Part shown: positions 50,501 to 59,500 of the stretch, piece after piece | Layout: the number at the start of each line of letters is the position of its first letter | Position numbering within the stretch: the first letter of the stretch is position 1 | From: a virus | DNA length: 64,000 nucleotides | Strand: one strand, 5' to 3' | IMG/VR virus record: IMGVR_UViG_3300014208_000004 | Span: 30,260-94,259 of that record | The notes under the pieces: model-generated | The model's input: the letters and a program-made list of their open reading frames with translations, nothing else | What the model was told of the DNA's origin: nothing | Databases searched by the model: none | Program-made: the position numbers and the translations under genes

Positions 50501-52213
50501 GATGAAGTTGATACAACTGGATTTGTTATCGGAGGAGAATATAAAGAGAATGGAAAATCCGAACTTGGAGAGCAAGCACGAGCCAAGAAAGAACGTGATG
50601 AAGCGAGAGAAAAGAAAATATCCAAACCAAAAGAATTAACCCTATACCGAGGAGGCAAGAACGGTAATTGGTATACACCCGATAAATCGGCAGCCAAGGA
50701 ATATTCAACATTGGATCAGGATGGAAAACTTGAAAAGAAAAACTTCACTTTCAATAAACTTGCAGAAAAGGAAGATATACTTTCAACAGCCGAGGAATTA
50801 GGATTGACCGATGCAAAAGAACAAGCATTGTATTGGTTAGTAAGTCCAGAAACCTATCATGGAGCCGATAAAATAATATCAGCATTAAAGGAAAAGGGAT
50901 TTGATGCAGTTCACCTACCTATAGGGGAAGATTTTTCACCAGAAGGAAAAGCAATTGAATCTTACATGTTGCTTAAAGATGCAGACCAAGAAAAATCCAA
51001 CGGCATCACAGAGACCGAAGCATTTAAGAAATGGTTCCAAGGTTCCAAGGTAGTAGATGAGAATGGGAAACCATTAAGAGTATTTCATGGAACCACAAAT
51101 AATTTTTCTGAACTTGGATACGATAATCTAAAAGATATTGATGCATTTTGGTTTACCGAAGACTTGAATTATGTGAATAATTTTGCAGGAGAAAAAGAAG
51201 GGTCAAACGTAATGCCAGTTTATCTAAAAATAGAAAATCCTGGAACCCAAGAAGATTTCAATGAGATTAGTAATGAGTATGATGAAAAAGTAAAAAATAT
51301 TATAGATACCGATGATGAAATATCATTCTCGAAAATGGCAAAAGAAAAAGGATTTGACGGATTTATTATAGGACATACATCGGAAAAAGATAAGGTATTT
51401 GTTGCGCTAGATTCAGAACAAATAAAATCAGCGACAGGAAACGCAGGGACATTCGATCCTACAAATCCCGACATTACAAAGTCAATTAATCAGGTTACAG
51501 AATTCATTAAAAACTTATTCCAAGCACGAGAGGAAACAAACACCAATCCAAGCGAAGCACAAAAAGAAGCCGGCAACTACAAAAAGGGTACGGTAACACT
51601 CCACGGATTAGAGATAGCAATCGAAAATCCAAAAGGATCATTCCGAAGCGGGAAAGACCACAACGGCAAAGAGTGGAAAGTGAAGATGACTGCAGACTAT
51701 GGTTACTTCAAAGAGAAGAATGCAGACAGCGTACAGATCAAAGGAAAAGACAAAGATGAAATTGATGTATTCATAGGAAGCGATCCTGAGAGCGAAAAAG
51801 TATTTATCGTTAATCAAATAAACCCAGCGACAAAAGTATTTGACGAGCACAAAGTCATCATTGCAACACCGGACGAAAAGAGAGCACTAAAACTTTATAA
51901 AGGAAGTTACTCCGATGATGCAATAAAACGAATTGGAAGCATTGTAGAAATGGATATGGAAGAATTCAAAGAGTGGCTATACAACGGCGATAAAACAACG
52001 GCAGTAAAACAGAAGAAAGTAAATGCTATGGAAACTCAAGAACATCCAGAAAGTGGTATCATTAAAAAACTTCAATCACAAATTGAAACACTAATGAATA
52101 AAGTCAGCAATCAAGACAAACCCAAAAAAGGACAAACAATTAAAACCGTAACATTCACACGGGATGATAAAGGCAGAATAACAGGAGCCACAATCAAAGA
52201 ACAAAATAAATAG
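44552..52213 (+). CDS. giant polyvalent protein (DdrB-type ParB-like, GNAT, two ART-like and inorganic-pyrophosphatase-like domains)
   Basis: QSH...LQARNR...GAPV...QGNGRT; IEVSKDHQRKGLA; LYRG...WYT; AFKKWFQGSKVVDENGKPLRVFHGT...QIKSATGNAGTFD; QKEAGNYKKG...IENPKGS.RSG...DYGY...IDVF. Confidence 0.85.
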   Translation: MNHIFFAEPISNEKIIKGTILHTTQQPNTLPVLASEHEHTTIENRTYLLVDKQPLEFLGAVPKKNSGLSRIFKSMNTIVEITALNEVIETSTNWIRKGIQCNKGIIIKVGKDIAVVRDPIGSIIPYKISSLQPVEILDTDAILKAHSFAIEIQKAIATGQNFPGLNQQATEGTTKQFGVNDTRRLGRGKDGKLRWMDADEYAKEVSSRQGKQQPAQTTRQFKVGETIHFKGEEVKVIDHSDKVVAYKKADGSTGTFEANSYKEDSEDKNAEGKAKAMTLGNFNAKKKPAEAAKEFGENKPSAISHEAPPNAWYKEHQRIIDTETATPEYEEFVKNAEANGYHKNGNFEYSKEVKYKDTDGNISINKTLELSKFYNTETKKTDFSIDGVQTKVTYDGKEYDLADLDGKDLSGMTIRNEDGIEQKINKYDLDKYQGNIKIDENGKATIIQQGKDIGEFIPEANITQEDLLKEGTLKIIGDEIWKRTKTGDGVSFNDTLLGRVDKGIAFYKHGNEVGIVSDGYTTNIANRNNVRRPSTQAVKDTEIQKRIRKETAKLKEEGKSRQDVDSVKARIEIENSPSLEKKGKSIDTADYEDVINTFIPDKETIAQVANSYGTEEWKANIKALAEQMKVTDVQRANEIDAFNKMSKNGILKDAPQERNASEYLDSAKELLENKYREFKREQLNEKISSRKQGDTKTKFERGELAEIPVNAKAVSSKTMRIRDSEENTYQVTYAVVPMNDVIQSHESTGEEHADHPKELQARNRKTEGSKKQMGEIASQIDERVTEDSADANRGAPVGYSKDGKVYIAQGNGRTAGIKGSTGDARDTYFGLMVRKAAELGMRTKDIQPTDMLVRVLTPKHTYQDAITLGADQDTPAMPYTEVERTRAFQNKNPQGLLEAGQNINMKSIGNKPINETNVASWISDNPEIYKKILAQTGKQRAHIETSPKLQSEAINIAMMAQLKPDFIDDISARDTRTHDLVKTVTPSLVENQKLIAEGKLPENADLQNIFHNVIKTYDSIDSNTKSLMNIKNGQSDFLNDDENTADANSLLHKMKQEHLFSTTGKEESTFRDPLKVIGMIAYQQAMKPRDNEVARQQAYTQYALKTKRFAEAIKTLDTNQSDIFGSQLNPEEQKKENNKKLIQIAERVFLENKPYQSGTEELSADEQEASKEQFAKFDVYGKMKKIADKYGFKLVGEEEPETILKSMVNYFLNYRYNREVKEIQSFIAKGKQLGLFPAVPKAPATPKVPSATKPTTGLNWNKSQGQEKPGHKYLRREKGKSGKWEYIYEEPTGRQYATDEKGTELPKHRNWEQGTEVIHNGEKVSIHEMSDNIVALKKKNGDIYTANVKDVDTFHGRQKNLRKQMTGLNVSKPTPKWDELILKLNSDLEQGSKSGQFEFADNKAELERKIKYAEDERNKIRQKVSREESTEKPTPVTETPAFDNSKDITLSHLANDLNEKYKIAKDIEFEMSFFDLQDIEDVKKGFQKTSEVLKIPIKKVEELYYSRKETHQKLKDIIAKDLNKNYGTKLKKTDSGNYYYKSSFLPRSDNKIFYKLLDLQQKLANEKSKKFLKNENIKVQLKNLKSIGTSSKSSNYYQFPSGKTIRISDHSPDGYWITQPGHSHDYYVEVKWNSDLNKVKDELFDILKTENLFALKEKDITKSFFQRLFPILKSQLGMFGVKSTKGLPSKQKKQFNPDVKFNEVQEGQTKNFNANDKRVLKRGAFGKMRWFNADATEAHQQGLFDKTKTVDHVKHQQHVEEVSQKIEDTHIDSHSGQSDYQMTVKQKGKVIAKLEYSEFEKTPHINMIEVSKDHQRKGLAKKLIYNLQKKYPNKTIQWGMMTDEGSALRNSLKKTFIQNPEYKKLADELELLRKKQSEMQIQFDDFTENSKNWNKEDREKKRQELPDDSFNEITDKIYDIEKQIEDLSEGEEIIDTEEPKPDFPMPEPKEIVAKPVTAVKLKNGEVVTDDKAKIHAQMENVNWDEVDTTGFVIGGEYKENGKSELGEQARAKKERDEAREKKISKPKELTLYRGGKNGNWYTPDKSAAKEYSTLDQDGKLEKKNFTFNKLAEKEDILSTAEELGLTDAKEQALYWLVSPETYHGADKIISALKEKGFDAVHLPIGEDFSPEGKAIESYMLLKDADQEKSNGITETEAFKKWFQGSKVVDENGKPLRVFHGTTNNFSELGYDNLKDIDAFWFTEDLNYVNNFAGEKEGSNVMPVYLKIENPGTQEDFNEISNEYDEKVKNIIDTDDEISFSKMAKEKGFDGFIIGHTSEKDKVFVALDSEQIKSATGNAGTFDPTNPDITKSINQVTEFIKNLFQAREETNTNPSEAQKEAGNYKKGTVTLHGLEIAIENPKGSFRSGKDHNGKEWKVKMTADYGYFKEKNADSVQIKGKDKDEIDVFIGSDPESEKVFIVNQINPATKVFDEHKVIIATPDEKRALKLYKGSYSDDAIKRIGSIVEMDMEEFKEWLYNGDKTTAVKQKKVNAMETQEHPESGIIKKLQSQIETLMNKVSNQDKPKKGQTIKTVTFTRDDKGRITGATIKEQNK

Positions 52214-52227
52214 AAGGAACAACGGTT

Positions 52228-52632
52228 ATGCTAAATTCAAATATTTCTAACATCGCAGCAAACACACAACTTAATGCACTTGCAGTATTAGCCAACAATG
52301 GATATTTGAGAATATACAACGGAGTGCAGCCAGTAAGTGCCGATACTCCAATTTCATCTCAAACATTACTATCAGAACTACGATTAAGTCCAACTGCATT
52401 TGGATCGGCCATCGGAGGAGTATTAACAGCAAACACAATTGTAGATGATACATCGGCAAACAACACGGGGACGGCAACTTGGTTCAGAATATTAAAATCA
52501 GATGGATCAACAGTTTTATTTGACGGTTCAGTAGGATTATCAAATGCAAATTTAGTTATGACTGATGTTGATATCCGAGTAGGATCACGAGTGTCAATAA
52601 ATTCATTCACGTATACACTTCCAAAACACTGA
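52228..52632 (+). CDS. virion structural protein (beta-rich)
   Basis: LRIYNGVQP.SAD, TGTATWFR, DGSVG pattern recurrent in phage structural loci. Confidence 0.65.
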   Translation: MLNSNISNIAANTQLNALAVLANNGYLRIYNGVQPVSADTPISSQTLLSELRLSPTAFGSAIGGVLTANTIVDDTSANNTGTATWFRILKSDGSTVLFDGSVGLSNANLVMTDVDIRVGSRVSINSFTYTLPKH

Positions 52633-52641
52633 GCGTAACAA

Positions 52642-52944
52642 ATGATTAAGCATAAATTCCATAGTGAAATACCAGACTCAACAGACACGACAATAGTAAG
52701 GCCATCCAACTGGAATGATGAACACGATATAACCAACGGGATTGCAACCTTGGATGTAAACGGTACGGCAGTAGTAACAAATACGGAAGTAACCATTGCA
52801 GAAAAAATATTTTTAACACGACAATCGGGAAGAAGCAACATGGCCATTTATGTATCCAGCGTTAATCCCGGAATAGACTTCACAATCACATCTCTAGGTA
52901 CAGCCGATGATGCAGGATTAAATATCGGATGGATAATTGTATAG
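52642..52944 (+). CDS. putative virion protein
   Basis: IKHKF.S..PD.....VRPSNWNDEH motif. Confidence 0.55.
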   Translation: MIKHKFHSEIPDSTDTTIVRPSNWNDEHDITNGIATLDVNGTAVVTNTEVTIAEKIFLTRQSGRSNMAIYVSSVNPGIDFTITSLGTADDAGLNIGWIIV

Positions 52945-52969
52945 CACTAATTTAATCAGGAGCAACAAA

Positions 52970-54850
52970 ATGAAAAAAATCTTATTCCTTACACTGCTAT
53001 TTACTTCTTTATCATTCTCACAATGGACAAGAGGTACAGGGGCACAGGCAAACGAAGTCTATCTATTCAGAGGGACGGACTCATTAGTCATCGGAAATTA
53101 TATCTGGAATGGAGCAAGACTTGACTCCACACACATGAATATATTTACAGCCTATAAAAATCAAGACAACACATTTACGGGTATAAATACTCTCGGAGGT
53201 TTAACAAAGTTTGGTTCGCATAGTTACGGATTTAGTGCAACGATACAATTATGGGACGAACATTCACTTTCATATAAAAACATAGGACATGATTTAATAA
53301 CAGGAAAATTAAATTTTAATTCAGATACAATTTCACTTGCAACTTGGCAGGGGACAAAAATTGATACAGCCTATTTGAGTTCATCAATTGCTGTTAAAGC
53401 TGATTCCGCAATCGTAGCCCCTGGTCTTGGAATAAACGTAAGTTATGCCTTGCATACCGTAACACCAAACGCAGATACAACAAAGATACCATTCAAAAAT
53501 GCTATAGGTATCTGGGATGCTTCACAGTATCATACAGCGAGAGATTATTTTAGCAGTTTTAATGTAGATACAATTAGGGGGAGGACTCAAGCTGTATTTA
53601 TTAACGATACTCTAAAATTGTTAAACGATAGATTTGTTTACTTCGGAGGAGTAAAATCTTTATTTACAAATTCAAGCAATACACAGTTCGGATATTCGGC
53701 TGGTGGATTAACTTCGGGTGGGACAGCAAATGCTTTATTCGGCTCCTATGCTGGTTATCACATTACGTCTGCACACGATAATGTTTTAATTGGAGCTAAC
53801 GCAGGTTATATGCTTGATACATCCAATACAAATGTGTTTATAGGTAAGTCCGCAGGGTATTATACTATAAATGCAGAAAATACGATGGTTGGTCATAATT
53901 CTGGTTTTAACAATGTTGACGGACACGGTAATGTATTTATTGGAAAATATTCTGGATATGGTGACTCAACTGGCTATGCAAACGTTGAAATTGGAAAAGA
54001 ATCTGGAATGAACAACAAGCAGGGAATTAGTAACATTTATCTTGGCTATCGCTCTGGGTATTGGAGAACAGATTCAAATAAATTATGGATTGGAAACAGT
54101 AATACTGCTATGCCAATACTGTTTGGCGACATTTCAAATGGAAGATTATCAATTAACGATACAACGAATACGAGTTACAATCTATACGTAAATGGAACTC
54201 AATATACGAGTGATTCTTCTAATTTCGGTGGTAATATAATTGTAAATGCAGGAAACACTGCTACAATAACTTTAGATGGAACGGTTGGCACGGAAAGAGT
54301 TGGGACGCAGTCTATTTGGACGCAGGGTGGTGGACTATATTCTTCGTCTCGCGGTAACATACGATTTGGGATTGATAACGATGGTAATTCAACGGCGGCA
54401 AGTTTTGATATTTACTCAAATGGACTTGGAAGTGCTGGAACTGGCGGAAATTTACTTTTCTCTGCAAATGAAAATACTGGCGCGACAATTAGATTAAAAG
54501 GGACAACAAATACTGCTGTGGTGATGCAGATTGAACGGTCTGCATCTACGACACCTGTAATTAAATTTGATTCAACGGGGCTTGGGACACTTGTTAATTT
54601 GACCACAACAGGTCTTTCAACATTCGGAACAAACGGGGGAACAACAACAATACCTTCTGGTGGTATTGCAAAGGTATATGTGTCAGGATTGACAACTTCG
54701 GGTAAGGTAGCTATCTCTGTGAACAAAGGTTCATTTGTTACGCTTGCGGTTGCAGATACAATACCGAGTTGGAATATCCCTTCAACCGATACACTGTATA
54801 TTCGCTATAAATACAATGAAGTAGTTTCTTATGCGATAATGAAAAAATAA
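52970..54850 (+). CDS. fibre/adhesin-like protein with signal peptide and 14-aa NxxxG beta-roll repeats
   Basis: MKKILFLTLLFTSLSFS-Q; repeats NALFGSYAG, NVLIGANAG, NVFIGKSAG, NTMVGHNSG, NIYLGYRSG; AGGAG SD. Confidence 0.7.
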   Translation: MKKILFLTLLFTSLSFSQWTRGTGAQANEVYLFRGTDSLVIGNYIWNGARLDSTHMNIFTAYKNQDNTFTGINTLGGLTKFGSHSYGFSATIQLWDEHSLSYKNIGHDLITGKLNFNSDTISLATWQGTKIDTAYLSSSIAVKADSAIVAPGLGINVSYALHTVTPNADTTKIPFKNAIGIWDASQYHTARDYFSSFNVDTIRGRTQAVFINDTLKLLNDRFVYFGGVKSLFTNSSNTQFGYSAGGLTSGGTANALFGSYAGYHITSAHDNVLIGANAGYMLDTSNTNVFIGKSAGYYTINAENTMVGHNSGFNNVDGHGNVFIGKYSGYGDSTGYANVEIGKESGMNNKQGISNIYLGYRSGYWRTDSNKLWIGNSNTAMPILFGDISNGRLSINDTTNTSYNLYVNGTQYTSDSSNFGGNIIVNAGNTATITLDGTVGTERVGTQSIWTQGGGLYSSSRGNIRFGIDNDGNSTAASFDIYSNGLGSAGTGGNLLFSANENTGATIRLKGTTNTAVVMQIERSASTTPVIKFDSTGLGTLVNLTTTGLSTFGTNGGTTTIPSGGIAKVYVSGLTTSGKVAISVNKGSFVTLAVADTIPSWNIPSTDTLYIRYKYNEVVSYAIMKK

Positions 54851-56018
54851 TGAAAAAACTATTCTACACCATTCTATTGGCTTCAACGCTATGCTCTTGT
54901 GCTTCACAAGTGCAGATTGAAAAGCCATTGAATGATAAACAAAGTATGCAACAGCATCAATGACTGGATTTCTAAAATATTCAGACTTCTCAATATTCAG
55001 TTCTAAGATAGGTGGAAGCGGAACAACAAATACTTTTCCAATGTTTACGGGAACTTCAACACTCGGTAATTCAGGACTCTCCCAAACCTCTGGTGGTGAT
55101 GAGATAGTAGCTAATGACTCATTGAAAGTAGGTGCAAGTGGAACGGGAGTGTTAAGGGCAGGGGCAACAACATTGTCGGGTGCTCTTAGTCTTGGTTCAA
55201 ATACAATCACAACAACAGGCGCAGGTTCTCTTGGTTCTTTAACGCTTACATCAACCGTGCAAATCAATAGTAGCACACCAACATTAAATCTTAATTCGAC
55301 AACAGAATTTAATCAAACAGCATTGAATTTTTATTCGAATAGTTTTTTACAGTGGCAAACCTTAAAGAGAACAACAACAAAACAATGGGGAATTTATAAT
55401 AACCGTCTATCAACGTATGCAGTTTTGATTGATACGGCAGATAATAAAATGACACTAACAGGTGGATTAGTTGGAACAACAGGAGTTTTTGCTTCAAGAG
55501 GCGTAGTTGGATTATTAGTAGGTAACGTTGATTTAGGCGGAACAGTATCAAATAGATCGGTGATAAATTTATCGTCTTCAAATGAGTTATCAATATTCAA
55601 GATAGGACAATCAACTACTGCTTTCGGTCAGCATATTTGGCGATACAATGCAACAGAAGCATCGGCATACCTTGATATTCAATCGAATAAGGGTTTAGCA
55701 TTGAATGTTAATAGTTCTGGCGCAGTTCCATCGTCGGCAACTGACTTAGCAATTGGAGCGACAACAATTACAACGACAGCAAGTTTATCTTCTGGCTTAA
55801 TTACTTCGCACAATAATATTGTAAGTGATTCATCCTTTACTATCAATGAACGCACGACAACACCAACATATCCGACATCCAATACACAAATGCGCTCGTA
55901 TATGAAAAGTGATAAAATAATTTGGGTTATCAATTCAGCCGGAACGCCAAGATTTTATTATTTCGATGCAACATTAACAGCAGATCAACAAATTAAATAT
56001 TCAGCAACAGCACCATAA
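54850..56018 (+). CDS. second fibre-like protein whose lipoprotein-type leader (54850-54963) is out of frame with the body (about 54939-56018)
   Basis: MKKLFYTILLASTLCSC lipobox coupled by TAATG; Gly/Ser/Thr-rich body frame open from 54939. Confidence 0.55.
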
Positions 56019-56021
56019 TTT

Positions 56022-56387
56022 ATGCAAACAGCCTTTCAACAAAATGCTTTTCAGGATAATGCGTTTCAGATTCAGGTATTCCGGGGATCGATTGAAATTA
56101 TTTCAGCCCCAGAAACATCGGATGCAATAGGAGAAGTATTTAATCAGACAGACCAAGGGGATATAGGTGCATATCATAGAGAATGGAAAGAACTTCAAAA
56201 AGAAATTAAAGGAAGAATTGAAGTAACTGCAGAACGTTCACAAATAAAGGCAGCGGGGAAAATAACTCCAGTAATGCGAGGGAGTATAAATGCAACAGGA
56301 TCAATAGGGAAAGTTGTTGCTGAAGGATATTGCGATGAAAGCGATGAGGACATTATGCAACTTGTTCTACAATTAGCGGAGATGTAG
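56022..56387 (+). CDS. phage protein with AFQxNAFQxNAFQ N-terminus
   Basis: MQTAFQQNAFQDNAFQ; acidic C-terminus DEDIMQLVL. Confidence 0.6.
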   Translation: MQTAFQQNAFQDNAFQIQVFRGSIEIISAPETSDAIGEVFNQTDQGDIGAYHREWKELQKEIKGRIEVTAERSQIKAAGKITPVMRGSINATGSIGKVVAEGYCDESDEDIMQLVLQLAEM

Positions 56388-56519
56388 ATGACTAAGAATG
56401 ACCGAGCAAAACGACAGATACAAAAATTTGTAGCAACCAAGAAACGTCAGGCATTCGGCAACAAGCGACAAATCAAAGGACTGATTAAACTCAGTAAACT
56501 CCAACGAGGTATGAAATGA
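56388..56519 (+). CDS. small basic protein (43 aa)
   Basis: Hand-translated MTKNDRAKRQIQK...; coupled on both sides. Confidence 0.45.
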   Translation: MTKNDRAKRQIQKFVATKKRQAFGNKRQIKGLIKLSKLQRGMK

Positions 56520-59500
56520 ATTTCTTCCAAAGACTATTCCGCAAATCACAACTTGACATGTTCACAGCGTCAACACCGAAGAAAACAACAGGGCTAAACT
56601 TTGACAAACCAAAGACCGATAAAGAAGCGCGAATAGGAGACTTGAAAAGTGAGAACGGAAAGTATTACATATTTCTTGAAACTACAATTGGGAAACCACG
56701 ATGGCATACACACGCCGAGTTACACCAGATGGCAAAAGAAGGGAAACCGATACCGGAGATAGCGAAGAAGAAAATTCCATCACTGAAAAAGGTTGAAGAA
56801 GATAAATCAAAAGAACCGATTGCAAAACACGGAGATAAAATTCGTTTTACCGATGATGAACATAAAGCGGAATGGATTGTTCAAAATTCACAAATTAACA
56901 AAGAAGGTAAAAGGGAATACGAAATAAAATACGATAACGGTGAGAAAGGAAAAGATCATACCATCTTTAAGACTTGGGTAGAACAAGATGACATTACATC
57001 TATCAATGGTAAAAACTTAAATCAAAAAGAAAAAGAAGCATACGAATTATCAGTTGATGAATATATTAATAAACTTAACAGTTCAAGAATTCCTAATGGA
57101 TTAACACCAATCAGTAAAAACAAAAATGATAAGTCTTATCAACTTGCAAAGAACTCACATAAGATCAGAACACAGCAAGCTATATCTGAGGGCAAAGAAG
57201 TTTCACCAAAAGCAATTAATGACCACGAGGATATAAAAAAAATTGAAGATGCTAAATCTTCATTATTTAGTCAGAGCAATAAAGAAAAAGCCGATCCATT
57301 ATCCGAAGCCGTTAATAAAAAAGTCAACGATAAAAAAAATCAAGAAGAAAGAAACCATAGGGTATTTGTCGTTCATAAGAGCAACAAGCCAACCACGGAA
57401 CATGAGAACTTGACCGAAGAAGAAGCAAAACAAATTTACGAGAAATATAAAACCGATGCAGATTCAGAGATCACAACATGGAATAAAAGCATTTATAACG
57501 ACCATGGGAAAGTAACTTCAATTCCTACGGTTAAAATGCATGTCAATAAAACAAAAGAAGAACCAGCCGAACCCCAGGAGAAGAAAGAATATAAATTTAC
57601 AACAACCAATGAATTCCTTAAATCAAAAGGATTAACGGAAGCCACAGCAAAAAAACTATCAATTGATAGAAAAGTAGAACTTTCAAAAGAATATGAACAG
57701 TTACAAAACAATGAAAGCAAATCAGCTCAGGAAGAATTCAAACAAAAATCACTTGAAGAAAAAGAGCAACGCCGATTAGAACAGGAAAAAAACAACAAGC
57801 AATTTGAAGATCAATTACAGATGGATGAAAAAGACCAAAGCATTGAAGACCGTATTGATGCAAAAATAAATGATAAACGTCCATTGACCCCAGAAGAACA
57901 AAAGTTTTTTGATGAAAACCAATACGCACCAACTGGATTCAAATATGACTCTCAGGGGAACCTTATCAAACAGGAAACGACACCAGCCGAACCCAAACAC
58001 AAAGAATTAGAAGATAATTCTTTTGATTCGTTATCAGAAGATGCAAAACAAAGAGCATATAAAGACTATAAAAAAAATTCTACCAACGCTGATACATTTG
58101 AAGGATTCTCTCAAGCAATGAAGGGAGTAGAATTTAATAAAGATGGTACCGTCATAGAACCCGAACACAAAGTAGGTGACACGAAACAAGAAGACGGCCA
58201 CACATACCGACTCAATGAAAACCATCGATGGGAAAGAGTGGATGAAGACAAAAAAGAAGAACATCCAACATTTGAAGTAGGGGAGAAAGCAACATTTACC
58301 AGCAAGGATGGAAAAGAGTATGAAGTAAATTTCCGTGGATACAACGGGGATAAAGCCGTCATTGTAGGAAAGCCAAAAGACAAAATAGATCAAATGGAAG
58401 TTGATATATCTCAGTTAAAAAAAATAGCAAAAGAGGAATCGAAACCAGAACCAACCGAACCAAAGCAAGAAGAAAATCAATTCGATGCAAAAGCATTGAA
58501 AGAAAAACTATTATCATTAAAACCAAAATTGAAGTTCCTAAATGCAGATGAACGTAAAGCAATGGAGAAACTTGCTGAAAGAACATCCAGCGCAAAGAAC
58601 TCTCAAGAGAAGTTGGAAGTAGCAAAAGATATTGATGCATTCCTTACCGCAATTGATAAGAACATCGAAGACAAAGCCCAACGGGATAGAATGGTCAATC
58701 CAACCCTACACGCAAAGAAGGAAGATATTCATACAATAGTTGAACAGAAATTGGACGAGAAACAAGAAAATAAATCCTTCAAAGATGCAGGTAAAAGAGT
58801 AGGGGGATCAAAAAAGGAAATGGCAGCAATCAGGGCTATTACTTCAACAGACCTTGACAACATGGACAATGCAACAGCTTTCAAAGTTGTAACCAAGGAC
58901 AGGATACTCCCAGACATTGACGTAGAGCAACGGCGATTAGACGGAGAAGATGCAGGGCTAGTATTCCTAAAGAAAAAACTCCACGAGGCAGTAAGTGCAA
59001 AGCCAGCCAATAATCCTGAAGCACGAAAAGCATACGTAGAACTTATTCCAAAACTATTTGAGAAAATTGATGCAGCCAAGTCCATAGATGAAATAGATGA
59101 TATTGGACGAAACACTTTTGAACGATTATATTCATACCGAGGAGGAAACAAAGTATTTTTAATCGGCAGTAAAGATACCGTAGTAGAAGATTATCTGGGG
59201 AAAACATTCCTTAATCTGATTGCTAAGAATACAGATTCAGCAGCAGAAAATTGGAGCAAAGCAATTTTATACGATGCATTCCCAGAAAAACTATCCAGAG
59301 AAAAATACGAAAAATATATAGAGGCTAGAACCAATAACATTAAAGAAACAAAAGAGCGACTTGCAACACGTACCCCGGAAGAATGGGAACGAGAAACGAA
59401 AGATGATTACATGGTAAAATATACCTTCAACGGTAATCAGTTGAATAAAATGAAAAAAGAAGAACCGGATAAATACGCAAAACTTATCCAGGATCATAAG

